Sequence record: MT596505.1
DNA from: Staphylococcus phage vB_SepM_BE08
Direction: 5' to 3' (one strand)
DNA length: 64,000 nt
The notes beneath the pieces were generated by a model. The model searched no databases, had not been told where the DNA came from, and saw nothing but the letters and a program-made list of their open reading frames with translations. Shown in pieces: positions 1 through 9,644 of the stretch. The translations under genes were made by a program, and so were the position numbers. Position 1 is the first letter of the stretch. The number at the start of each line of letters is the position of its first letter.

Positions 1-2424
1 TACAGATGTAATTGTTCTATTCTCATCGTATTGGAATGATTGTGCTAAAGGGTCTACTAAGTTAACAGTTACTCGTGTTTTAAATATAATCTCAGTTGTT
101 GTTTTCTTACGACCATGTGCTGAATAAGTAGCTGTACTTGTAGAATTAGCATTTTTCAATGTTACCTCTCTATTACCGCATCTAATACCTGGTGGTATTG
201 TAAATGTACCTTTAGCTGTACCTTTAGCATCTGACATAATAGTTCCTGGTTCTGAACCTTTTCTATATCCTGATGCTGGAGTAATAGGTGCTCTTACACC
301 ATCAAACAATAAATATAAGTTATTATCGTTAGGACTTAATCCTTTAACAGTAAACGTTACATCTTTTTGTCTGATGAACTCAATCATTTCTTCTAATGTT
401 TTTCTACCGCCAGATTCTAAAATAGTACCTGTTCTACCATGTTTAGTATCATAAGACCATGATTTACCAGCCCACTTTTGACCTTTATCTAACTGTAAGT
501 TAGAATATAGGTAATGTTCTGTCTCATTGTAGTTAGTTCCACCGTGTCTCCAGAATCTGTTCATTGTATACTTTTTAGTTTTTCGTTTAGTAATAGTAAT
601 GTTTTCTTGCTCTATCCAGTTATCCTCACTAGGTTTAATTTTCATTACACCTTGTTTATTAGGGATATTATACGGGTTAACGTTTAAAGTTTCTGAAGCT
701 TGTGGTTGTCTTATTGTTGCTTCTTCTGTAAATGGTGCTGTAATTAATCTACCCCAAATTTTAGCTGTAGAACTATCTAAAATAGTAGGTTGATTAACTT
801 GTTCTGTATATGACAATGTAGCTTCTGCGTCTTCAAAACTAAATGATACACCAAAATCTGGATGAGTAATATCTGATTTATCTAGTGAGATAAACCCTTC
901 ACTAAAAACTGAACGTAATGTTAATGGGTTTTGTCCTTCCATTGCCTCATCGTCTAAAGCATTTACAGCTTGGTTATACTCTAAGTTCTCAACTCGTGTT
1001 TTAACGTTTTGTAAGTCTTCCATAGAAAGTCTTGTAATTGCATAAGTTAAACACTCTGCTGAATCTGAATTAGGTAACACAGTTACTGTACCTAATTGTA
1101 AAACTTCAGGGTCAGTAGCTGTTGGAGGCATTACTAAACGCATAATATTAGGTTCACCTTTAACCGTTGTTATTTCTCCAAATCGGTCTAAAATTACTGC
1201 GTCTTTACGTGCTAAATAATACGTGTAGTCTACTAATACAACGGATTGGTCTGTAGGTTTAACCCCTCCTGATGTATCAAAATTGATAAACCATTTTTCT
1301 CCTAGACCTTCTCCTTGTGTAGTTACTGTGTAATCTGTTCCTTTTTCCATTTTCTTGTTATATTTATATGATACATAGTAACTAGTACCACCATCAGGTT
1401 CTGCTCCTCCTGGAGACCAATCAATAGATTGTCCGTCAACTAATCTATAATCTTCACCTTGTTTATATTCTTTAGTAGTTTGTCCTGGTGATGTTTCAGT
1501 CCATACTCTAACTACTTCAAATGCTGTATTATTTGATAAGTAGTCTAAACTATCTCCTGTTGAACCTCTTGTAACACGCTCTTTGTCAACTAGAACTTGT
1601 CCTGTTACTCTATTAATATCTTTAACAGGTGAGTTAGCTAAACTAATACTTCCAGTTGATTTATTAAATATAGTACTTTCATTTTCAGCTTTACCTAAAT
1701 CAAATGACTTTTCAACATTGAGTCGTGTTGATGTTGGCTTGTTTACTTGCCAACCTTTAACATACGCTTTACCTGCGTCTACTACTATTGACACATGCTC
1801 ATCATCTACTGCATTACCTTCTGAAAATAATTCAAAACCACTAACTTTATATGAACCTGATTCATCATAAGTACGTTCAGCTAAAACTTTATTAATTTTA
1901 TCCATTTCTGGATTATTAGATTTAACAAATAATTGACCGTCTAAAAACGTATATATTGTTGCTGACGTAGGGTCATTTAAAGTTAAAATGATTTTCTCTT
2001 CTAATCGGTCTGCACCTTTAGAAAAATAACTAGGAACCCCGCTTGTTTGGTCTAATAGAGAGTAATCTTCATCTGGAGTGATAACTCTCTCTTCTATTTT
2101 CATTCCTACATACTCTTTACCTACACCAGTTAATCTTACTGTCTCATCAGAATCATAGTATCTAATTTTACCGTTTAAATAAACGTAACCTGGATTAACT
2201 GATAATATATTTTCATTTGTTAATGTGAACCCTAATCCTGATTGTTTGTCACCATCTTTAAATATAGAGTCTCCTAAATTTTTAAGATAATATGTTGAAA
2301 TAGATTGAAGCTCATTTAATTCTGCTTGTTGTAATGGTCTATCAGGATTAAATAAGACTCTGGTTCTATTTTGAGATGGTTCAAATCTATCTAGGTAAGG
2401 GGATACTTTAAAATTTACGACCAT
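1..2424 (-). CDS. large distal tail / adsorption-associated structural protein, N-terminal part (>800 aa; continues past the window start)
   Basis: Uninterrupted minus-strand frame from ATG at 2424 (MVVNFKVSPYLDRFEPSQNRTRVLF...) to the window edge. It is absent from the ORF track only because it has no stop in the window. It sits distal to the baseplate genes; the plus ORFs 599..793 and 1583..1870 lie antisense inside it. Confidence 0.6.
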   Translation of the reverse strand, partial: MVVNFKVSPYLDRFEPSQNRTRVLFNPDRPLQQAELNELQSISTYYLKNLGDSIFKDGDKQSGLGFTLTNENILSVNPGYVYLNGKIRYYDSDETVRLTGVGKEYVGMKIEERVITPDEDYSLLDQTSGVPSYFSKGADRLEEKIILTLNDPTSATIYTFLDGQLFVKSNNPEMDKINKVLAERTYDESGSYKVSGFELFSEGNAVDDEHVSIVVDAGKAYVKGWQVNKPTSTRLNVEKSFDLGKAENESTIFNKSTGSISLANSPVKDINRVTGQVLVDKERVTRGSTGDSLDYLSNNTAFEVVRVWTETSPGQTTKEYKQGEDYRLVDGQSIDWSPGGAEPDGGTSYYVSYKYNKKMEKGTDYTVTTQGEGLGEKWFINFDTSGGVKPTDQSVVLVDYTYYLARKDAVILDRFGEITTVKGEPNIMRLVMPPTATDPEVLQLGTVTVLPNSDSAECLTYAITRLSMEDLQNVKTRVENLEYNQAVNALDDEAMEGQNPLTLRSVFSEGFISLDKSDITHPDFGVSFSFEDAEATLSYTEQVNQPTILDSSTAKIWGRLITAPFTEEATIRQPQASETLNVNPYNIPNKQGVMKIKPSEDNWIEQENITITKRKTKKYTMNRFWRHGGTNYNETEHYLYSNLQLDKGQKWAGKSWSYDTKHGRTGTILESGGRKTLEEMIEFIRQKDVTFTVKGLSPNDNNLYLLFDGVRAPITPASGYRKGSEPGTIMSDAKGTAKGTFTIPPGIRCGNREVTLKNANSTSTATYSAHGRKKTTTEIIFKTRVTVNLVDPLAQSFQYDENRTITSV

Positions 2425-2444
2425 TCAATATGCTTCCTTTCTTA

Positions 2445-2966
2445 TTAAACTTCAATAATACATCTCTCTTTAGCTGTTGTAGTTTCCGTTCTGTTTTGGA
2501 ATTGTTTGTTCTCAAAATACATTAAAGTTCCTGTTTCTTTTACTTCACTTGGTAATAGGTTAGGTTTACTTACGCCACTATTAGGAACTAAGTCAATAAC
2601 GAAACCAATTTGTCTATACGTTCCTAATGGTAATTCATTACCTACAACATCTGCTTCAAGATAAACCCATTTAGCTCCTTCATCTTTAGCATTTTCTGTA
2701 GTAACTACTACCCAATCTTTATTACCGTAAGATATTTTTTCTTTATCATCATCTTGTGGTGACTGTGATGGTCTTACTAATGTTGCTCTATGTGTTTTCT
2801 TATATCCAATTATTTCCTGCAATGAAGTCGTTTTCTCGTCTGGTTGTGGTGGGTTAGTTTCACTAGACCACGGTGTTGTACGACCTACTACTAAATAAGT
2901 AGAATTAGCTTTACTAACTAAGTATTTTGCTAACTCTACATGTGAATTATACGTTGCTATAGCCAT
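2445..2966 (-). CDS. virion structural protein of the baseplate/tail-fiber module, function unknown
   Basis: 173-aa ORF in the late operon, directly downstream of a strong promoter (3046..3074) and a conserved leader. Confidence 0.45.
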   Translation of the reverse strand: MAIATYNSHVELAKYLVSKANSTYLVVGRTTPWSSETNPPQPDEKTTSLQEIIGYKKTHRATLVRPSQSPQDDDKEKISYGNKDWVVVTTENAKDEGAKWVYLEADVVGNELPLGTYRQIGFVIDLVPNSGVSKPNLLPSEVKETGTLMYFENKQFQNRTETTTAKERCIIEV

Positions 2967-3045
2967 ATTTATTATTTCCTTTCATATTAAGGTTTATCAT
3001 ATTCATAATTAATATAACAGATACTCTAGTTGTATCTTCTACATA

Positions 3046-3074
3046 ATTATATCACAAATTAGTAAAAAATACAA
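3046..3074 (-). promoter_or_regulatory. sigma-A-type promoter (minus strand): -35 TTGTAT, 17-nt spacer, extended -10 TGtgaTATAAT
   Basis: Read directly on the minus strand. Followed by a conserved 23-nt leader element (3001..3023) that is also present at 21949..21971. Confidence 0.55.
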
Positions 3075-3089
3075 CTAAAGATTTAAATT

Positions 3090-5744
3090 TTATTTAATTT
3101 CTACTAAACTTATTTTATTAATCTTAAGTGCTTCATTTATATTAGAATCTGTATATATTTTTACAGATTCATTTTTTCTAATAGAAGTTGTTTTAGCTGT
3201 AAATTCTTTTTCCAATAATCCTTGTGATTTGTCAATCTCTGCTGGATAGAATACTACTTCACTCATACCTGTGTTTGTATTTACAACGTTAACTGTTGTT
3301 ACTTCTGGTGATAATTCTCCTAAAATAGTTACTTTATATTTATGTCCGCTTATAATAGGTTGCTCTAGCTCATATTTAGCTCCGTTTATATAAGATACTA
3401 TCTGAGGTATATTACTATCTTTCAATATATTTACAGTTTCCCTAGGTGCCAAACTTATTTCAGTTTCAAAGAAATTAACTTTAGGATTAGTATCTACATA
3501 ATAACTTGAATCTGTAAATTGTAACTCAGATAACTCATCTAATGTTCTAGCTGAACCTAATCTTAAATCTTCTACATATTTAAGTTTAGAATAATCAATA
3601 TCATCTAATGAAGTATACGTATTTATATCTAATACAGTAGATTTAATAATTTCTCCACTTGATGAATCTATAATACCGTTGTTAGTGTCACTAATAACTT
3701 TTAATGTATCTAAGATTACAGAATACTCAGTATCCATATTAGTCCATAATGCATTAAAATAACCTATAGGCATAGTACTTACATTTTTCTCCCCTATTAA
3801 ATCTCTAATAGGAATTGTATTAATAGAACTTAAGAGAACTTCTGACATAGGTGTTATATCTGAGTAATTTACAAATTTAAGTCCATATAAATCTACTACT
3901 TTATTAGATATGGTTGTTTCTACCTCATTATCCTTTGAGTAATCTATTTTAGTTACAGTTTCCCAGTTCTTACCATCTTCAGAAATCATAATGTATAAAT
4001 CAGGATTAGGTGCATGCGTCACTTCAATTTTAAAATCTTGTATGTCAGTTCTAACACCGTTAAATTTATATATCTTCTCTATAAGGTTGTGCTTATCTGT
4101 ATCTACATTATATCCCTGTCTATACTTTTCTTCAATAGAAGAATAGCTACTTATAATTATAGAGTGCTCTAAATTATTTATATAACTATTTACTGTTTCA
4201 GTATCAGTTAAATACTTAGAGTTTCCATAGATTTCTTGTGGATTTAAATCAATACTCTTATTATCTGTAACTTTTATATACTGCACCTTTTTGTATGATG
4301 GTTGTGATATTATATCTCCATTAGTAGGACTAAATACTTTATAAGCTTCTACATAAAACATACTTTGAATTTCATCATAAAGTTTAACTACAGGAGTATA
4401 AGGATGTATTGTATATACTCCTGGTTCATAATGGTAGAATACCATATCTAAATAGTTTATGTCAAGTGTTACTTCATCATCGTAACCATAAACTTGTAAT
4501 CTAGTAAACATATTTAAATCATCATTTAAATAATCATTTAAATAACCTATACTAAAATCATAATCTTTCTCATAAAAAGAAACAGAATCATAATTTATTG
4601 TATTCCATCTATTTCTATCAAAATCATATATTTGTAGAACAATATTAACGTAATCATTTGGTGGTAAGACAGCTTTCAATGTTAATTTAAAATCAACCTG
4701 ACCTATATAATCAGAAGTCTCTCTTTTAGTTTTGTTTAATAGTACAGGTTTTGTTTTGAGTAAATACTCTCTTATATTAAAATTATTATAAATATACTCT
4801 ATACCCGTATTAGAATTAAATGTTACAGGTATACTAACATTATTTTTTTCATTAGTGTGTAAATAAAAATCAGTACTTAATTCTTCACTTTTATTTTTTA
4901 ATTCTGAAATTATATTTGCTACGGAAGAATTATATTGTGGTGTGTAATTATATGAAGACTTAATACTAACATTATTAAATATTCTCCCTACATTAGAAGA
5001 ACCCGTTAATACGTCTTCACTATTGATTAAACTTTTATTATTAATAAATACAGATTTATAATTAAGACTATCTGTTTTTCTTAATCCTAAATTAATATGT
5101 CCGTATAATAATTCATCATACCCATAGAAATTGGTAATATCTTCATACATTTCTACTTTCATGCTACCATTTAACCATTGATATATTAAGCTACCGTTAT
5201 TAGTAGCCCCGCCATCATAAGTTACATACAATTTAACTCCAGCTGGTTTAAATTCATTTATAATATCTATAATCTCTAAAGGGAAATAATTACCTATTGT
5301 AACATTAATAACTGCAAATCTATAATAGTAACCCATTAATTTGTCATTGCCATTTAATTCAGATTTATTAGTATAAAAAATATTTTTAAATGGTTCATAG
5401 ATACTAATATTAAGGTCATCTCTATCTAAGTAATACTTAATACCTTCAATAATAGCATTATTCGTACCTCTTTTTAAAAGTAAGTATTTAATGATTCTTT
5501 GTCTATATTTATCATCTTCCTCATCTACTTTACGATATACACCAAACCAATCTCCAAATTTATCTAAATACGTTCCTGTAGCACTTTTTAAAGAAGATTG
5601 TAACTTACTCTCAATTGTATCTCTCTCTACCGTATTTAACTCTTCATTTAAAGTGTTTAGTAGTATATAGTTTGTATCTTCATTAAGATTTTTATCTTTT
5701 TTTCTTCTTAATAATGGATGTAAGTTTTTCAAAAAACTACTCAA
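3090..5744 (-). CDS. large baseplate / tail-fiber-like structural protein (884 aa)
   Basis: Long, Asn/Tyr-rich ORF in the baseplate region, downstream of a baseplate-J-like gene. This is typical of myophage baseplate-attached fibre or wedge proteins. Confidence 0.5.
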   Translation of the reverse strand: MSSFLKNLHPLLRRKKDKNLNEDTNYILLNTLNEELNTVERDTIESKLQSSLKSATGTYLDKFGDWFGVYRKVDEEDDKYRQRIIKYLLLKRGTNNAIIEGIKYYLDRDDLNISIYEPFKNIFYTNKSELNGNDKLMGYYYRFAVINVTIGNYFPLEIIDIINEFKPAGVKLYVTYDGGATNNGSLIYQWLNGSMKVEMYEDITNFYGYDELLYGHINLGLRKTDSLNYKSVFINNKSLINSEDVLTGSSNVGRIFNNVSIKSSYNYTPQYNSSVANIISELKNKSEELSTDFYLHTNEKNNVSIPVTFNSNTGIEYIYNNFNIREYLLKTKPVLLNKTKRETSDYIGQVDFKLTLKAVLPPNDYVNIVLQIYDFDRNRWNTINYDSVSFYEKDYDFSIGYLNDYLNDDLNMFTRLQVYGYDDEVTLDINYLDMVFYHYEPGVYTIHPYTPVVKLYDEIQSMFYVEAYKVFSPTNGDIISQPSYKKVQYIKVTDNKSIDLNPQEIYGNSKYLTDTETVNSYINNLEHSIIISSYSSIEEKYRQGYNVDTDKHNLIEKIYKFNGVRTDIQDFKIEVTHAPNPDLYIMISEDGKNWETVTKIDYSKDNEVETTISNKVVDLYGLKFVNYSDITPMSEVLLSSINTIPIRDLIGEKNVSTMPIGYFNALWTNMDTEYSVILDTLKVISDTNNGIIDSSSGEIIKSTVLDINTYTSLDDIDYSKLKYVEDLRLGSARTLDELSELQFTDSSYYVDTNPKVNFFETEISLAPRETVNILKDSNIPQIVSYINGAKYELEQPIISGHKYKVTILGELSPEVTTVNVVNTNTGMSEVVFYPAEIDKSQGLLEKEFTAKTTSIRKNESVKIYTDSNINEALKINKISLVEIK

Positions 5745-5760
5745 AATTTTTACCTCCTTT

Positions 5761-6807
5761 CTATACTAATGTTACATTTATCTTACCAGCTCTAATAATC
5801 TCTTCTGGTTGTGTTTCGATATTACCCATAATACTATTAAATTGAATATCATATATTAAAGAATCATCTATATTCATAATTACTTGAGTTAAATCAGCCA
5901 ATATCAAATCATCCGATACATTAAAGTCATTTAAGTAACTTCTAATAACACTTTCGATATGTCTTTGTACTGTTTCACCTATTCTAGCTTTATTTGTTAT
6001 GACTACTCTAACATCAACATCTACATCTGTTTTTACAGTCGGTCTAACTCGTAACATAATTCCGCTAGGTCTATAATCTTCCAAAGCTTCTTCAATATCA
6101 CTTATTAAATTATTAGGCAATGTACCATTATTATCATGTGCATATACAGTTACTAGTCCTACTTGTTCATATACATAAACACCTTTAACATCAGGTACTT
6201 TCATAGCTCCATATCTAATTGATTTATTAGTAGCTCTACCTCTACTCTCAACAAACATATGGAATCTTCTTTTTAATTCTTCTTGACTTTCTTCATCTCT
6301 TCCTGTAGAGAATGATAAATCATTATTGACTGATTTAATAAGTGTTGAAGAAGAAGCCATAACATTGATAGTATCTTCAGGAACATTCCCTATAGTTCCT
6401 GATTCTTTAGCGTATACTTCTACTTTAGCTTCAGTTGAACCTTCTGTTACATAATAATCTACTAAAGTCTCAAATTGTTGTGTATATTGTTGTCTAGTAG
6501 AAGAAAAAGTAGTACCTCTAGGAATATACATAGTCTCTTCTAACGGATTATAAAATCTAATAGTCACATCACCATAAGCTCTTCTCTCACGTCTTTTTGT
6601 AAAATCAAAAGCTTCTACTATTCCTTCTTCTATACCCCATTCAATATTTTCTTTTGTTAATATATAATATTGCTCTAATTCAAGAGCGATAGCTTCTAAC
6701 AATGAACGAACAGCTGAACCTGGTGTAAAATCAGATACTTTACTTGTTGCAATCATTGTTTTATCTATCATTCTAGATAATATATCTGTTAGCTTTCTTG
6801 TTTTCAT
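5761..6807 (-). CDS. baseplate J-like (gp6-like) wedge protein
   Basis: 348 aa. Size and position (between a W/X-like small protein and the large fibre protein) match the baseplate J family; no motif was verified. Confidence 0.5.
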   Translation of the reverse strand: MKTRKLTDILSRMIDKTMIATSKVSDFTPGSAVRSLLEAIALELEQYYILTKENIEWGIEEGIVEAFDFTKRRERRAYGDVTIRFYNPLEETMYIPRGTTFSSTRQQYTQQFETLVDYYVTEGSTEAKVEVYAKESGTIGNVPEDTINVMASSSTLIKSVNNDLSFSTGRDEESQEELKRRFHMFVESRGRATNKSIRYGAMKVPDVKGVYVYEQVGLVTVYAHDNNGTLPNNLISDIEEALEDYRPSGIMLRVRPTVKTDVDVDVRVVITNKARIGETVQRHIESVIRSYLNDFNVSDDLILADLTQVIMNIDDSLIYDIQFNSIMGNIETQPEEIIRAGKINVTLV

Positions 6808-6819
6808 TTATATTCTCCT

Positions 6820-7524
6820 CTATTCAAATCTTGCAAATATACCTGATTCATCAGATTGTAATACAAACATAATTGATTCTTCTACAGATTCAATTTCTAC
6901 AGAAAATTGACCCCAATAATATTTACCTTGTAAAGTCCAGTCTATAGTATTAACATTTTTTACTCTGCTGTCTGATAGTAAAGTACGTATTACTTCTAAC
7001 TCAATGAGTACTGCTGTCTCGGGTATATTTTTATCAAATAACTCATGTATACTTGAACCATAATCTGGATGTAATATTAATGAACCTTTAGGTGTAAGTA
7101 ATCTCGTTTGTAATTGTTGTTTAATATTATCTACACCTACAACTGTACTTAAATCACCTTTATTATCTTCTGTAAAATTAAGTATCTCATCACTTGTACC
7201 GTGTTTATTAAAATAGTCTTCATTAGAAGTCACATTTAAGTCACTTCCTAAAGACATTTCTACTAACATATCTTTATCTTTTTTATTTATTTCTTTTAAA
7301 GTAGTATCTGTTAAATAAGAATACTCAGGTATAATAATGTAATCTCCTGTAGTTACTAAATGCTCAGGATTATCCTTTTTTAATACATGGTCGTCTACAA
7401 TATATGGATATTTTAAATTATTATGTTCAATTAATTCTATCCAATACTCTGGACTTCCATAATATCTTTGTGATATTGCTTGCATAGTATCATTATATCT
7501 AACTTCATGTTTTTTAAATCTCAT
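6820..7524 (-). CDS. baseplate/tail protein with an N-terminal LysM-like segment
   Basis: The N-terminus VRYNDTMQAISQRYYGSPEYWIELIEHNNL resembles a LysM / tail-protein-X fold. It overlaps the upstream gene by 1 nt (7524), indicating translational coupling. Confidence 0.4.
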   Translation of the reverse strand: MRFKKHEVRYNDTMQAISQRYYGSPEYWIELIEHNNLKYPYIVDDHVLKKDNPEHLVTTGDYIIIPEYSYLTDTTLKEINKKDKDMLVEMSLGSDLNVTSNEDYFNKHGTSDEILNFTEDNKGDLSTVVGVDNIKQQLQTRLLTPKGSLILHPDYGSSIHELFDKNIPETAVLIELEVIRTLLSDSRVKNVNTIDWTLQGKYYWGQFSVEIESVEESIMFVLQSDESGIFARFE

Positions 7525-8048
7525 TAATATCCACGCTCCTTCTTAATTAAAGGTAGCTGTAACTCTATATACCCAAAGCAAATATCTAATTCTCTTAAAT
7601 CTGTTACAATACTACTATATTCTTCATAGTCACTTAAATAATCTGCTACATAATTTAAATTTTCTCTAGCTATCTTAACATCTCTTTCTGTTAAATATAC
7701 TATAGAATCTATATTCTCAACAAAACAATTAACAATAGCATAAGATTCCATAATTATAGTTTGTAGAATAAAATAAATTCTTGGTGCTTGTACTTTTAGC
7801 ATCGTTTTATCTATTTTATTTACAATAGAATTTTTATTTAAATCTTTTTCTGCTGTTTTAATATTATTGTGCTGAATATCATTTAAAACTCTTTGTGCTA
7901 ATTCACTTAATTGTATATTAGGTGTATAATATCTTGAGACAAATCCTATATTCTCATCTAACAAATTATATTGTATATTTGTACTGTTTAAATTTATATT
8001 ATTTAAAAATCTTAATAAACTAGCTGTCTGATAAATTTCGTGTCTCAT
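7524..8048 (-). CDS. hypothetical baseplate-module protein
   Basis: 174-aa ORF, translationally coupled on both sides (8048 and 7524). Confidence 0.35.
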   Translation of the reverse strand: MRHEIYQTASLLRFLNNINLNSTNIQYNLLDENIGFVSRYYTPNIQLSELAQRVLNDIQHNNIKTAEKDLNKNSIVNKIDKTMLKVQAPRIYFILQTIIMESYAIVNCFVENIDSIVYLTERDVKIARENLNYVADYLSDYEEYSSIVTDLRELDICFGYIELQLPLIKKERGY

Positions 8049-8845
8049 TAGGCATCTACACCACCATTTCCGTACCCTATAATCATAGCCATATTACTCA
8101 CATTTCCTTTTAATCCATTTGTTGAATTTCTAGGATTATATATTCTGTTACCGTTTGCTGTAGGTGAATATGTTTTAGGTTTCGTATCTGTTTGAGTTTG
8201 AGGTAATCTTTTAGTAGAACTATTATTGTTATTATTATCTTTAGTATTATTATTAATATCCCTAGATTTTTTAGCTGAAGGATATAAATTATTTAATTTA
8301 TCTTGTAAACTTTTTTCAGAACTTATAGCTTTATTACCTAACTCTGGGTCTGCAATAGAATTTCTATCAGGCTCAAAAGCATCACCTAAAACCATTAAAG
8401 TAATATCATATCTAAATAATAGTGGTTCATCTTTAGAACGTGTAATTTTTAATCCTTGTGGTGCTAAATGAACTTTATAATATCTACCGTCTGTCATATT
8501 ATAAAAAAACATAGTATTACTTTGTTGATTACCATCTCCAGCACCTTTTGCATATTTAGTTATAATATGTTCTAATTCCTCTATTTTATCTTTACCGTTT
8601 CTTTTTACACCATTTTCCATAATTGGTTTAAATCCTGTAGTACCTGAAAAATTAATAACCTCTATATCTTTACCATAATCTTCTATAATAATATCAGATT
8701 TAGTTTTTATTACACTCGTACGTTGAGGCATTTCAATAGAATAATTTTCAGGGTTAACTTTAAATCTATACCAACCCTTGTCACCCTCTGAAGGTAAGTG
8801 TAAAACGACACGCTTTAAATCATTAGTACCGTCTGCTTGTGGCAT
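8048..8845 (-). CDS. baseplate structural protein
   Basis: 265-aa ORF preceded by a near-consensus promoter (8872..8900) and an RBS (aaggaag). Confidence 0.4.
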   Translation of the reverse strand: MPQADGTNDLKRVVLHLPSEGDKGWYRFKVNPENYSIEMPQRTSVIKTKSDIIIEDYGKDIEVINFSGTTGFKPIMENGVKRNGKDKIEELEHIITKYAKGAGDGNQQSNTMFFYNMTDGRYYKVHLAPQGLKITRSKDEPLLFRYDITLMVLGDAFEPDRNSIADPELGNKAISSEKSLQDKLNNLYPSAKKSRDINNNTKDNNNNNSSTKRLPQTQTDTKPKTYSPTANGNRIYNPRNSTNGLKGNVSNMAMIIGYGNGGVDA

Positions 8846-8871
8846 CTTTATTCACTTCCTTTTATATATTT

Positions 8872-8900
8872 ATTATACCACATATGTATTTGTTTTGCAA
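8872..8900 (-). promoter_or_regulatory. sigma-A-type promoter (minus strand): -35 TTGCAA, 17-nt spacer, -10 TATAAT
   Basis: Read on the minus strand upstream of the 8845 start codon. Confidence 0.55.
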
Positions 8901-8955
8901 TATCTTTATCAATTTTAATATAGCAACATATTAAAAAAGACGGTATAAAACCGCC

Positions 8956-9624
8956 TTATAATTTAACTTTATATTTTGTTGTAACATCGTTACTATCATA
9001 TTTAATATTTTCTTGAACTGTATCATGTATAGCTTTTGCCATATTCTTTATTATATCAGTCCAATTATCTTTATTTTCCCTTTTGAATCTTCTACTATCC
9101 CCATCTTTAAAAAAAGATTGTCTTAGTGCTGTTGTTAACTCTAACTGAACACCTTTAGATTTACGTGTTCTATTTGTAATATTATCATCATTCTCACCTA
9201 TAATATTAGGTGGGGATATTTGTACTTTAATACCTATATCCTCTAAAGCAGACCATATAGCATTTCTCAACTTAACATCATTACCACCCATATAACAAAT
9301 AGGTTCTTCTCCTGATGCTCCATGTATAGAAACTGCATAATCTGTTTCTTTTATAAGTTCTATTAATTGAGGTGCATCATAATGAGTGGATGTAACATGC
9401 AAGCTAGAATTATTACTACTTTTTAATCCTTTGAACTCATAGATATTATAATTTCCTAATTCTCTTATTGCCTCTACTAATTCAGTAGACCCTACTTCAA
9501 TACCCCCACCATGTATACTTGTTAAGAGTACCTTACTATCATTGTCTTCAGTAATAACCTCGTAATCAGTACCTTCTACTTCATTTTTAAATAACTCTGT
9601 CATAGAACTATATTTATCAGCCAT
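8956..9624 (-). CDS. PghP-like zinc hydrolase family protein (poly-gamma-glutamate hydrolase / phage YjqB-like fold)
   Basis: Motifs SIHGGGIEVGSTEL and SIHGASGEEPICYMGG match the H-G-G ... E ... H zinc-binding pattern of the phage PghP family (PF05908-like). The call is by eye only. Confidence 0.45.
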   Translation of the reverse strand: MADKYSSMTELFKNEVEGTDYEVITEDNDSKVLLTSIHGGGIEVGSTELVEAIRELGNYNIYEFKGLKSSNNSSLHVTSTHYDAPQLIELIKETDYAVSIHGASGEEPICYMGGNDVKLRNAIWSALEDIGIKVQISPPNIIGENDDNITNRTRKSKGVQLELTTALRQSFFKDGDSRRFKRENKDNWTDIIKNMAKAIHDTVQENIKYDSNDVTTKYKVKL

Positions 9625-9644
9625 TGTGTTCCCTTCAACCTCCT

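Noticed and set aside
599-1870. Plus-strand ORFs 599..793 and 1583..1870.
   Set aside because: They lie antisense within a continuous >800-codon minus-strand structural gene (1..2424) and have no RBS. They are sequence-composition artefacts.
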